Assembly: GCA_964495625.1 (NCBI GenBank)
Contig: CAZBWT010000004.1
Location: 1 to 36,733 of the forward strand
Reading direction: 5' to 3'
Source of the DNA: an uncultured Prevotellaceae bacterium
GTDB lineage: Bacteria; Bacteroidota; Bacteroidia; Bacteroidales; UBA3663
DNA: 36,733 nucleotides
A program made the translations under genes and the position numbers. The notes under the pieces are model-generated. The model ran no database searches. It saw only the letters and a list, made by a program, of their open reading frames with translations, and was not told the DNA's origin. The first letter of the stretch is position 1, and each line of letters begins with the position of its first letter. Positions 16,116 through 25,171 of this stretch are shown here, piece by piece.

Positions 16116-17411
16116 ATGGAAACTATTGTCGATACTTTGACCGCGACTACGGATTCGATTGCGTCCGCAGTGTCGGCTGTAGCAGCCCCGGTGGTAGAGG
16201 CTGCAAGCGAGGTGGCAGAAGCCGCTTCGGAGATTAACGGGCTTGACACCGTATGGGTGTTGCTCGGTGCAATGTTGGTGTTTTGGATGCAGCCCGGCTT
16301 CGCCCTCGTTGAGGCAGGCATGACCCGTTCAAAGAACACCGCCAACATTTTGATGAAGAACTTTGTGGACTTTATGGCAGGTTCGGTGATTTACTGGATC
16401 TTTGGCTTCAGCATCATGTATGGTGCGGGCAACGCCTTCTTTGGCTGGGACGGCTTCTTCTTTAAAGGCGAAGACAGCAACATTCCGCGCGAATGTACGT
16501 TGTTCTTCCAGACAGTGTTTGCCGCCACTACGGCTACCATCGTTTCTGGAGCCATGGCAGAGCGCACCAAATTCTCGATGTATTTGGTCTACTCCATTTT
16601 GATTTCTGCATTCATCTACCCCATCGAGGGTCACTGGTCTTGGGGCGGTGGCTGGTTGGCTGAGTTAGGCTTCCACGACTTTGCCGGTTCGGCAGTGGTA
16701 CACGCTTGCGGCGGTTTCTTGGCTTTGGCAGGTGCCATCGTGTTGGGTCCGCGCATCGGCAAATATGGCAAAGACGGCAAGTCTCGCGCCATCCCCGGTC
16801 ACAACTTGACGTTAGCTTCGTTGGGGGTATTCATTCTCTGGATGGGCTGGTTCGGTTTCAACCCGGGTTCACAGCTCGCAGCTACGGGTGCTGAAAACGC
16901 CACAGCCATCTCACACGTCATCATGACGACCAACATGGCAGCCGCCACCGGTGGCATCGCCGCCTTGCTCTTCACCTGGTTGGTCGATGGCAAACCGTCA
17001 CTCTCAATGCTTTGCAACGGTGTGTTGGCAGGTTTGGTTGGCATCACAGCCGGTTGCGACTGCGTGGAAATCTGGTCTGCCGCTTTGATTGGTGTCATCG
17101 CCTCGGTAGCCATGTGCTTGTCAGTGAACTTTATTGATAAGGTGCTGAAGATTGACGACCCGGTTGGTGCCGTATCAGTACACGGTGTAGGCGGTTTGGT
17201 TGGTACCCTCTTGGTGGGTGTCTTCTCAACCGACCCGGAGCACTCCTTCGGTGTACAAGCTTTGGGCATCTTGGCTATAGTAGCTTGGGCATTTGTCTGC
17301 GGCATGATCCTCTTTGAGGTAATCAAACACACTCACGGTTTGCGTGTATCACCGCGCATCGAAGAAGAAGGTTTGGATATCTACGAGCACGGCGAGGCTG
17401 CCTACAACTGA
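16116..17411 (+). CDS. amtB: Ammonium transporter
   Basis: MQPGFALVEAG, IVSGAMAER, DFAGSAVVH, GWFGFNPGS, DDPVGAVSVHG and EEEGLD..EHGE.AY; both pore histidines present. Confidence 0.97.
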   Translation: METIVDTLTATTDSIASAVSAVAAPVVEAASEVAEAASEINGLDTVWVLLGAMLVFWMQPGFALVEAGMTRSKNTANILMKNFVDFMAGSVIYWIFGFSIMYGAGNAFFGWDGFFFKGEDSNIPRECTLFFQTVFAATTATIVSGAMAERTKFSMYLVYSILISAFIYPIEGHWSWGGGWLAELGFHDFAGSAVVHACGGFLALAGAIVLGPRIGKYGKDGKSRAIPGHNLTLASLGVFILWMGWFGFNPGSQLAATGAENATAISHVIMTTNMAAATGGIAALLFTWLVDGKPSLSMLCNGVLAGLVGITAGCDCVEIWSAALIGVIASVAMCLSVNFIDKVLKIDDPVGAVSVHGVGGLVGTLLVGVFSTDPEHSFGVQALGILAIVAWAFVCGMILFEVIKHTHGLRVSPRIEEEGLDIYEHGEAAYN

Positions 17412-17420
17412 TAATCCTAT

Positions 17421-17458
17421 GGCGAGTGGAGACGTTCAATCGAGTGTCTTCACTTGCC
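17421..17458 (+). terminator. Stem-loop after amtB (terminator or 3'-stabilising hairpin)
   Basis: GGCGAGTGGAGAC...GTCTTCACTTGCC with G-U pairs; the U-tail is weak. Confidence 0.5.
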
Positions 17459-17571
17459 TAATCTTAATAAAAGAGGCGCACAACTGATAGCTAAAATAAG
17501 CAACTACGCGTAAAACTCTTGCTTATTTTCTGTAAATTAGAGGTTTTGAAAACATAAAGATTGAGTATTGC

Positions 17572-17602
17572 TTTGGAAACGAACAATTTGTCAATATCTT
17601 TG
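17572..17602 (+). promoter_or_regulatory. -33/-7 promoter of GSIII
   Basis: TTTG-N19-TATCTTTG. Confidence 0.7.
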
Positions 17603-17698
17603 TCGGGTGAAACGGCGGGGTCGTTCAGCGAAGAATTGCTTCCCGCAGCCGGCTTAAACAACGTAACGAATCAAACAACAAAAATAAATCAAGTAACT

Positions 17699-19885
17699 AT
17701 GAGCAAACTTAGATTTGAAGTCGTGCACGAAGCTGTCAAGAAACGTGCAGTGGACGTAGAAGCACCCGCAGGTCGTCCGTCAGAGTATTTCGGCGAATTG
17801 GTGTTTAATCGCGAGAAGATGTTCAAGTATTTGGACTTAAAGACTTTCAACGCTTTGGTTAACTGCATCGACAACGGTGTAGCCCTCGACCGCCAGACGG
17901 CTGATGCCGTTGCTGCCGGCATGAAGACTTGGGCCTTGGAGCATGGTGTAACACACTGCTGCCACTGGTTCCAGCCGCTGACAGAGTCTACCGCCGAGAA
18001 GCATGACTCATTTATGGAGTATGACTGGAAGGGCGGCATGATTGAAGAGTTTGAAGGCAAATCACTCGTACAGCAGGAGCCGGATGCATCTTCCTTCCCG
18101 AGCGGTGGTATTCGTGCCACATTTGAGGCTCGCGGCTACACAGCATGGGACCCCACATCTCCCGTCTTCATCATGGACGACTGTCTCTGCATCCCCACCG
18201 TCTTCATCTCATATACAGGCGAAGCTCTCGACTACAAGACCCCGTTGAAGAAAGCCTTGAAGGCTGTCAACGAAGCAGCAGTGCCGATCTGCCAGATGTT
18301 CGACCCCAAAGTAACAAAGGTTATCTCTAACCTCGGTTGGGAACAGGAATACTTCTTGGTAGACGAAGGTTTGTATGCAGCCCGTCCCGACTTGATGACA
18401 TGCGGTCGCACCCTGATGGGTCACGGCTCAGCCAAGAACCAGCAGATGGACGACCACTACTTCGGTCAGATTCCTACCCGCGTACAGGCATTCATGAAAG
18501 ACCTCGAGATTCAGGGTCATCGCCTTGGCATCCCGATGAAGACACGTCACAACGAGGTTGCGCCCAACCAGTTCGAGTTTGCTCCCATCTTTGGTGAAAC
18601 CAACTTGGCAAACGACCAGAACATGCTCATCATGGGCGTGATGAAGAAGATTGCCCGCCGCCACGGTTTCCGCGTGCTCTTGCACGAGAAGCCCTTCGAT
18701 GGCATCAATGGCTCAGGCAAGCACAACAACTGGTCACTCTCAACCAACACAGGTGTCATCTTGCTCGGTCCGGGCAAGGATCCGATGTCTAACCTCCAGT
18801 TTGTCACCTTCTTCGTAAACGTCTTGATGGCAGTGAAGCGTCACGGTGCCTTGTTGAAGGCTTCCATCGCCTCGGCAACCAACGCACACCGTTTGGGAGC
18901 CAACGAAGCACCTCCGGCCATCATCTCAGCCTTCTTGGGCAAGACCATGACCAACGTGCTCCGCAAGTTGCTTGAAGTGCCCGCCGACACCGACATCGTA
19001 CTTGCAGGCAAGACACCCTACTCAGTAGGCTTGGTCGAGATCCCCGAGATCTTCGTCGATAACACCGACCGTAACCGCACCTCTCCGTTCGCCTTCACCG
19101 GCAACCGCTTCGAGTTCCGCGCCGTAGGCTCAAAGGCAAACTGCGCCAGCGCCATGACCGTGCTCAACACCGCAATGGCAGAGCAGCTCACAGACTTCAA
19201 GGCAGCTGTTGACAAAGAGATGGCAAAGGGCACACCCATGAAGCAGGCATTCATGATCTGCCTCAAGCCGCTCATCGCCGAGGTGATCGACACCGTATGC
19301 TTCGACGGCAACGGCTACTCAGACGAGTGGGCCAAGGAAGCCGTAAAGCGTGGCTTGGACGTAGAGCGCTGCGTGCCGAAGATGTTCCGCGAATACACAA
19401 AGCCCGAATCCGTCGAGATGTTCCAGAAGTTCGGCGTATTTACTGCTGCTGAATTGAAGGCACGTAACGAAGTGAAGTGGGAAACCTACACCAAGCTTGT
19501 GCAGATTGAAGCACGCACGCTCGGCGATTTGGCAATCAACCACATCATCCCCGCTGCCACACGCTACCAGACCTCACTGCTCCAGAACGTAGCCATGGTG
19601 AAGTCACTCTTCCCCGTCGATTGGGAGTCGCTCTCAGCGCCTGAAATCGCCATCATCCAGAAGATTGCCGGCTACAATGCCGACATCAAGCAGCGCGTAG
19701 ACGCAATGGTAGGCAAGCGCAAAGTGGCAAACCGCCTCACCGACGAATATGAGAAGGCAATGGCATACTACGACATCGCCGAGTCGTTCGCCGGCATCCG
19801 CCGCCCCATCGACAAGCTCGAGGAGATTGTTGACGACAACATCTGGCCCTTGCCTAAGTATCGCGAACTCCTCTGGATTCGATAA
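17699..19885 (+). CDS. glnN: Glutamine synthetase type III
   Basis: HWFQPLT, QQEPDASSFPSGGIRATFEARGYTAWD, RHNEVAPNQFE, HEKPFDGINGSGKHNNWS, DRNRTSPFAFTGNRFEFR and WPLPKYRELL. ATG 17699 (728 aa) preferred over the upstream TTG, which precedes the promoter. Confidence 0.96.
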   Translation: MSKLRFEVVHEAVKKRAVDVEAPAGRPSEYFGELVFNREKMFKYLDLKTFNALVNCIDNGVALDRQTADAVAAGMKTWALEHGVTHCCHWFQPLTESTAEKHDSFMEYDWKGGMIEEFEGKSLVQQEPDASSFPSGGIRATFEARGYTAWDPTSPVFIMDDCLCIPTVFISYTGEALDYKTPLKKALKAVNEAAVPICQMFDPKVTKVISNLGWEQEYFLVDEGLYAARPDLMTCGRTLMGHGSAKNQQMDDHYFGQIPTRVQAFMKDLEIQGHRLGIPMKTRHNEVAPNQFEFAPIFGETNLANDQNMLIMGVMKKIARRHGFRVLLHEKPFDGINGSGKHNNWSLSTNTGVILLGPGKDPMSNLQFVTFFVNVLMAVKRHGALLKASIASATNAHRLGANEAPPAIISAFLGKTMTNVLRKLLEVPADTDIVLAGKTPYSVGLVEIPEIFVDNTDRNRTSPFAFTGNRFEFRAVGSKANCASAMTVLNTAMAEQLTDFKAAVDKEMAKGTPMKQAFMICLKPLIAEVIDTVCFDGNGYSDEWAKEAVKRGLDVERCVPKMFREYTKPESVEMFQKFGVFTAAELKARNEVKWETYTKLVQIEARTLGDLAINHIIPAATRYQTSLLQNVAMVKSLFPVDWESLSAPEIAIIQKIAGYNADIKQRVDAMVGKRKVANRLTDEYEKAMAYYDIAESFAGIRRPIDKLEEIVDDNIWPLPKYRELLWIR

Positions 19886-19941
19886 GCAACTGCGACATTT
19901 CTATAAACTCTTTACGCACACAAGAGTTTCATATACCCTTG

Positions 19942-19993
19942 GCTCCGGCTTTCATCCGTTCATCATTGAGCGGGCGAAAGCCGGAGCTTTTTT
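19942..19993 (+). terminator. Intrinsic terminator after glnN
   Basis: GCTCCGGCTTTC...GAAAGCCGGAGC with an inner stem, followed by TTTTTT. Confidence 0.88.
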
Positions 19994-20100
19994 GTATCAA
20001 TGATTGTATCAATGAGTTGCGATTTATTGCACATAAATCGGCGACCTTATCGGCTTTCGTTGCACTTTGTGGACTTTACGGACGCTTTTTATAAAAATAA

Positions 20101-20132
20101 TTTGACTTTTCAAACTTTTATTTGTTCATTTG
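20101..20132 (+). promoter_or_regulatory. Probable promoter of the ftsX operon
   Basis: TTTG-N20-TTCATTTG (one mismatch to TAnnTTTG). Confidence 0.5.
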
Positions 20133-20199
20133 CACCAACTTTTGGTGTAATATACCCGTTTTGACAGAAGCGGGAGCGCCAACATTGGAAATTTGAGCT

Positions 20200-21096
20200 A
20201 TGAGCAGTCAAAATAGGAAAGCTAAAAAGAAGAAGTTCTTAGGTGCGCGTTTCACCTCTACCATAAGCATCGCCTTGGTGCTCTTTGTGATTGGGCTCAT
20301 GGGGCTTAGTGGACTGATTGCCGCCGAACTCTCGACGCTGCTGCGTGAGCAGTTCACCGTCACGTTGACCTTGTCAGACAAGGTTAGCGACAAGCAGGCT
20401 AACCAGCTTGCTCAGAGCATAGCTCAACAACCCTATGCACGCTCAGTGCGCTACATCAGTCGCGACGAAGCGTTGAAAAGCCTGACCGACGAGTTAGGCG
20501 AGAACCCCGAAGACTTTCTTGGCTTCAACCCCCTTGAGGCGACCATCGAGCTGCAAATGGACGCAGCACACGCCTCGAACGACAGCATCAACGTGATTGC
20601 AGCTCAGCTCAGAGCCCGCCACCCCAAAGAAATAACCGACATTGACTATAACCGCGCATTAGTAGATATGGTGAACGTGAACCTACGCCGCATAGGCATA
20701 GCGCTCTGTGCCGTAGCCCTGCTACTGTTGCTCATCAGCATCTCACTCATTCACAACACCATCCGACTCAGTTTACATGCCGACCGCTTCTTGATACACA
20801 CCATGCGGTTGGTAGGAGCCACGGCATGGTTCATCCGTCGCCCCTTCATTGCCCAGGGCATGGCATGCGGCTTCATCGCCTCGCTATTAGCCTTGGCAGG
20901 CTTAGGCGGGCTGCTCTACTATGGCTACACGCAAGAGGTGGGTGCGTCCATCGTGCGGCTCGTCTTGCAGCCCCACGTACTGCTGACGTTGGCAGGCGGT
21001 GTGGTGCTGTTAGGCTTGCTCATCCCGGCGTTTGCCGCTTGGCGCGCCACCGACAAATACCTGCGCATGAAGGCTGACGACCTCTATCTGCTCTGA
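20200..21096 (+). CDS. ftsX: Cell division permease-like protein FtsX
   Basis: TSTISIALVLF, YISRDEAL, NPL, IHNTIRLS...IHTMRLVGATAWFIRRPF; four TM segments. Confidence 0.93.
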   Translation: MSSQNRKAKKKKFLGARFTSTISIALVLFVIGLMGLSGLIAAELSTLLREQFTVTLTLSDKVSDKQANQLAQSIAQQPYARSVRYISRDEALKSLTDELGENPEDFLGFNPLEATIELQMDAAHASNDSINVIAAQLRARHPKEITDIDYNRALVDMVNVNLRRIGIALCAVALLLLLISISLIHNTIRLSLHADRFLIHTMRLVGATAWFIRRPFIAQGMACGFIASLLALAGLGGLLYYGYTQEVGASIVRLVLQPHVLLTLAGGVVLLGLLIPAFAAWRATDKYLRMKADDLYLL

Positions 21097-21103
21097 CCTT
21101 CGC

Positions 21104-21203
21104 AGGCTTGATTAAAGGCTTTTGACATAAAAGCTCATACATAGGTCAATTAAAAGCCTAATGCAACGGCTCACACATCAGCTAATTAAAGGCTTGATTA
21201 AAG
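21104..21203. repeat. Short intergenic element with 14-bp direct repeats and an internal inverted repeat
   Basis: AGGCTTGATTAAAG at 21104-21117 and 21190-21203; AGGCTTTT/AAAAGCCT inverted pair inside. Confidence 0.6.
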
Positions 21204-21263
21204 ACTCTATTATAGCAGTTTGGCATAACGAATTTATACAATATAATTGGACAACTGACAACA

Positions 21264-21530
21264 ATGAAACTCTGTTTAGGCAAAATCAACTTCATCGTGA
21301 TGGGCATTGCCGCACTATGCATCTTGATTGGGTTCATCCTTATGGCAGGTGCGTCGAGCACCCCTGACCACTTCAATCCCGAGGTCTTTGCTGACCGTCA
21401 CGTCATCATCGGTCCCAATGTCTGCTTCTTTGGCTATCTGTTGATGATTGTGGGCATCATGCTCCCCTCAAAGCGCAGCAAACAGCAGACAGCGGAAGCT
21501 GACACCACGACCACAACTCCCACCCTCTGA
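21264..21530 (+). CDS. DUF3098 membrane protein
   Basis: K.NF...IGFILM.G...FNPEVF..R...IGP pattern, in its usual position between ftsX and uppP. Confidence 0.85.
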   Translation: MKLCLGKINFIVMGIAALCILIGFILMAGASSTPDHFNPEVFADRHVIIGPNVCFFGYLLMIVGIMLPSKRSKQQTAEADTTTTTPTL

Positions 21531-21559
21531 CAAGACCCCGTTGACACAACACAGAAACG

Positions 21560-22390
21560 ATGGATTGGATACACGCATTGATACTTGGTCTCGTACAGGG
21601 ACTCACTGAATACCTCCCCGTCAGCAGCAGCGGACACTTGGAGATTGGTCGCCGACTGTTAGGCATGGAGACTGAAGGAGGTTTAACCTTCGACATAATC
21701 GTACACATCGCCACCGTGCTCTCCACCCTTGTGGTGCTGCACAAAGAGGTGACATGGATCTTCAGCGGGCTCTTCCGCAAGCCGCTGCCCGCCAAGGCGG
21801 TAGCAACCCGCGGCGGATGGCTGAGCCGACTGAACCGCGAACAGCGCTACGTGCTGAACATCATCATCTCGATGATACCCATCGGCATCGTAGGGGTCTG
21901 CTTCAAAGACTACATCGACGAACTCTTTGACGGCAGCGCCACCGTGGTCGGCATCTGCCTCTTGGTGACGGCCCTGCTGCTTGCCTTCTCGCACTTTGCC
22001 CGCTCCAACGGCAAAGACGAAATCTCGCCGCTGCATGCCTTCATCATCGGCATCGCCCAGGCGGTAGCCGTGTTGCCGGGACTCTCCCGCTCCGGCTCCA
22101 CCATTGCCACGGGCTTATTGCTCGGCGACAGCCGCAAAGAGTTAGCGCAGTTCTCGTTCCTGATGGTGATCCCCCCCATCTTGGGCGAAGCGTTGCTCGA
22201 TGCCAAAGACCTGCTCGAGGCGGGAGCCGAGTCGCTCTCTGCGACATCGCTCATCGTCGGGTTCTTAGCCGCCTTCGTCTCGGGGTGCTTCGCTTGCAAG
22301 GCGATGATAGCCTTGGTGAAGCGTTGCCGCCTCATCTGGTTTGCGCTCTACTGCGCCATTGTGGGTCTTGCCACCCTCATCTGGCTCTAA
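21560..22390 (+). CDS. uppP: Undecaprenyl-diphosphate phosphatase
   Basis: [18 protein letters not shown] and [10 protein letters not shown] motifs. Confidence 0.96.
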   Translation: MDWIHALILGLVQGLTEYLPVSSSGHLEIGRRLLGMETEGGLTFDIIVHIATVLSTLVVLHKEVTWIFSGLFRKPLPAKAVATRGGWLSRLNREQRYVLNIIISMIPIGIVGVCFKDYIDELFDGSATVVGICLLVTALLLAFSHFARSNGKDEISPLHAFIIGIAQAVAVLPGLSRSGSTIATGLLLGDSRKELAQFSFLMVIPPILGEALLDAKDLLEAGAESLSATSLIVGFLAAFVSGCFACKAMIALVKRCRLIWFALYCAIVGLATLIWL

Positions 22391-22509
22391 GCACCAATCA
22401 GAGGCGCACAAGGTGCGTCACCGTGGGGCGAAGTGAGACATTCCGCCCCGCGCCCACACCGCCCACCGACACCGACACTATGATCCAAACCCGCACATTG
22501 ATAAACTGA

Positions 22510-23388
22510 ATGAAGAGTTACGATTTTACTGCCGGAGAAATTCTGGCTTTCGACAAGCCGCTGACGTGGACCTCATTTAACTTAGTAAAGATGGTTCGCA
22601 ATCGGCTGTCGCGGCGCTTGGGTACCAAGAAGCTCAAGGTGGGACATGCCGGGACACTCGATCCCCTTGCCACCGGAGTATTGATTATCTGCACCGGACG
22701 TGCCACAAAGCAGATTGATACGCTGCAGGCGGGCACCAAGGAATATATCGCCACACTGCGTTTGGGGCACACCACCCCGTCGTTCGATGCCGAACAGCCC
22801 ATCGACGGCGACTACCCCACGGCGCACATCACGCGCAGCCTCGTTGACGAGGTGTTGCCGCGCTTCAAGGGCAGCATCATGCAGGTGCCGCCCGTCTACT
22901 CGGCATGCAAGGTAGAAGGTCGCCGTGCATTCGACTATGCCCGCGAGGGCAGTGAGGTAGAGCTGAAGGCCAAAGAGTTGGTCATCGACGAGATTGAGCT
23001 GCTCGACCTGCACCTGCCGGCACAAGGCATCATCTCAGAGCAAGCCGACAGCGTTTGCGCCACAGCCCGCCACGGAGTGAGCATCAAGGGCGAAGGAAGA
23101 CGCAAACAAACCTTCGAGGCGGCACGTGCTGCTGCCCAACAGCTCACACAACCCACCGACGAAGCCGTGAGTGCCGACGACTTAGCCTACATGACGCTCC
23201 GCATCGTGTGCAGCAAAGGCACCTACATCCGCGCCTTGGCGCGCGACATCGGAGCCGCCCTCGGCAGCGGAGCCTACCTGCTCTCACTGCGGCGCACGCG
23301 CATAGGCGACATCACGCTCCGGCAATGCCTTCGTGTTGAAGACTGGGACACGTGGGTAGACAATATCGAAATTTCCGTATCAGAATAA
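22510..23388 (+). CDS. truB: tRNA pseudouridine(55) synthase, with an internal insertion
   Basis: DKP...[27 protein letters not shown] and [15 protein letters not shown]. Confidence 0.96.
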   Translation: MKSYDFTAGEILAFDKPLTWTSFNLVKMVRNRLSRRLGTKKLKVGHAGTLDPLATGVLIICTGRATKQIDTLQAGTKEYIATLRLGHTTPSFDAEQPIDGDYPTAHITRSLVDEVLPRFKGSIMQVPPVYSACKVEGRRAFDYAREGSEVELKAKELVIDEIELLDLHLPAQGIISEQADSVCATARHGVSIKGEGRRKQTFEAARAAAQQLTQPTDEAVSADDLAYMTLRIVCSKGTYIRALARDIGAALGSGAYLLSLRRTRIGDITLRQCLRVEDWDTWVDNIEISVSE

Positions 23389-23411
23389 AATTTTCAACCA
23401 CCGTATTAGTT

Positions 23412-24500
23412 ATGAAATTATCTCAATTTAAATTCAAGCTTCCCGACGAACTCATCGCCCTCAAACCGGCGGAACATCGCGACGAGTCACGTCTGATGGT
23501 TTTGCATAAAAAAAGCAAGAAGATCGAACACAAGATCTTCAAAGACTTCATCACCTACTTCGACGAGAAGGACATGGTGCTCTTCAACGATACGAAAATC
23601 TTCCCCGCACGCCTCTACGGCAGCAAAGAAAAGACCGGAGCCAAGATCGAGGTATTCCTGCTGCGCGAGCTGAACCCCGAGATACGCCTCTGGGACGTGT
23701 TGGTTGACCCTGCCCGCAAGATACGCATCGGCAACAAACTCTACTTCGGTCCCGACGAGAGTCTGGTGGCTGAAGTCATCGACAACACCACCTCACGCGG
23801 ACGCACCCTGCGCTTCCTCTACGACGGCTCACACGAAGAGTTCATCCGCACCCTGCACAGCTTAGGCGAAACCCCCATACCCGGCTACATCAAAGAGCGT
23901 CGCGATGTCATCGACACCCCCGACGAAAGCATCAACCCCTTCACCGACCGCGACCGCTATCAGACCATCTTTGCCCGCACCGAAGGCGGCGTGGTAGCCC
24001 CCACCGCCGGACTGCACTTCAGCCGTGAGCTGATGAAGCGCTTAGAGATTAAAGGCGTAGACTTCGGCTTCGTCACCGTACACTCCAACCAAGGCAACTT
24101 CCGCGAAATCGACGTAGAAGACCTCACCAAACATAAGATGGATAGCGAGCAAATCTACATCCCCGAAGATGTAGCCGAGCAGGTCAACAAGACCATCGAC
24201 AGCGGTCACCGCGTCTGCGCGGTAGACACCTCGGTGTTGCGCGCCATCGAGACCTCGGTCAGCACGACCAATCACCTCAAGCCCTACGACGGGTGGATCA
24301 ACAAATTCATCTTCCCGCCCTACGACTTTGCCATTGCCAACTGCATGGTGGCAGGCTTCTACATGCCGCTCTCCACACTGCTCATGATGACGGCTGCCTT
24401 CGGCGGCTATGACTTTGTGATGGAAGCCTACAAGATTGCCATCAAAGAAGGCTACCAATTTGGAGCCTACGGCGACGCAATGTTGATCTTAGACGATTAA
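23412..24500 (+). CDS. queA: S-adenosylmethionine:tRNA ribosyltransferase-isomerase
   Basis: F.LPDELIA..P...[34 protein letters not shown] and YGDAMLI. Start at MKLSQF. Confidence 0.93.
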   Translation: MKLSQFKFKLPDELIALKPAEHRDESRLMVLHKKSKKIEHKIFKDFITYFDEKDMVLFNDTKIFPARLYGSKEKTGAKIEVFLLRELNPEIRLWDVLVDPARKIRIGNKLYFGPDESLVAEVIDNTTSRGRTLRFLYDGSHEEFIRTLHSLGETPIPGYIKERRDVIDTPDESINPFTDRDRYQTIFARTEGGVVAPTAGLHFSRELMKRLEIKGVDFGFVTVHSNQGNFREIDVEDLTKHKMDSEQIYIPEDVAEQVNKTIDSGHRVCAVDTSVLRAIETSVSTTNHLKPYDGWINKFIFPPYDFAIANCMVAGFYMPLSTLLMMTAAFGGYDFVMEAYKIAIKEGYQFGAYGDAMLILDD

Positions 24501-24534
24501 AAACAACCCATAAACGCTCTCCGAGTCACAAGTT

Positions 24535-24693
24535 ATGTCATGCCTTCGTGTGCTGCTCGCCATCGTGTTCCCGCCCCTTGCCGTCATCGACCGGGGGTGT
24601 GGCTCAGTGCTCATCGTGCTGCTGCTGACGTTTGCCGGCTGGGTGCCGGGCATCATCGGAGCCTTGATCATACTTAACAAACAACAAGAGTGA
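24535..24693 (+). CDS. YqaE/Pmp3 family small membrane protein (52 aa; absent from the ORF track)
   Basis: MSCLRVLLAIVFPPLAVIDRGCGSVLIVLLLTFAGWVPGIIGALIILNKQQE, with the PPLAV and GW.PG signatures; fits between queA and folK. Confidence 0.9.
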   Translation: MSCLRVLLAIVFPPLAVIDRGCGSVLIVLLLTFAGWVPGIIGALIILNKQQE

Positions 24694-24697
24694 CGCA

Positions 24698-25156
24698 ATG
24701 CCGCAACCGCACACAGTCTACTTAGGGCTTGGCTCGAACCTCGGCGACGGGGCAGCCAACCTCCGGCGCGCGCTCAGCGCGTTGCAGGAGCAAGCCGGGC
24801 GCATCCTTGTCGTGTCAGACTTCATCACCAGCGAGCCGTGGGGCTTCGAGTCGCCCCACCGCTTCACCAATGCCGTTGCGGTGTTAGAGACCCCGCTCAG
24901 CCCCGAGGGGCTGCTGCAAGTCACGCAACACATTGAGCGCAGCATGGGGCGCACCGAGCGCCGCGCACCCGGCGAGCCGTATGAAGACCGCATCATCGAC
25001 ATCGACCTGCTCACCTACGACGACCTGCACTGCCACACCCCCCGGCTCACCCTGCCGCACCCCCACATCGACGAACGCGACTTTGTGCGCCTGCCGTTGC
25101 AACAGTGCAAAACCCGACTGACGCAAACCGCGTCCGCCACAACCACCCAACAATAA
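24698..25156 (+). CDS. folK: 2-amino-4-hydroxy-6-hydroxymethyldihydropteridine diphosphokinase
   Basis: YLGLGSNLGD, EPWGF...F.NAV, RIIDIDLL and LPHP....RDFV..PL. Confidence 0.96.
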   Translation: MPQPHTVYLGLGSNLGDGAANLRRALSALQEQAGRILVVSDFITSEPWGFESPHRFTNAVAVLETPLSPEGLLQVTQHIERSMGRTERRAPGEPYEDRIIDIDLLTYDDLHCHTPRLTLPHPHIDERDFVRLPLQQCKTRLTQTASATTTQQ

Positions 25157-25171
25157 ACAAGAGCTAAACCA

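Noticed and set aside
21219-21235. Sigma54 promoter at TTTGGCAT
   Set aside because: No TTGC-like -12 box at the required spacing.
22480-22509. 9-aa uORF MIQTRTLIN abutting the truB start
   Set aside because: Too short and featureless to support without translation data.
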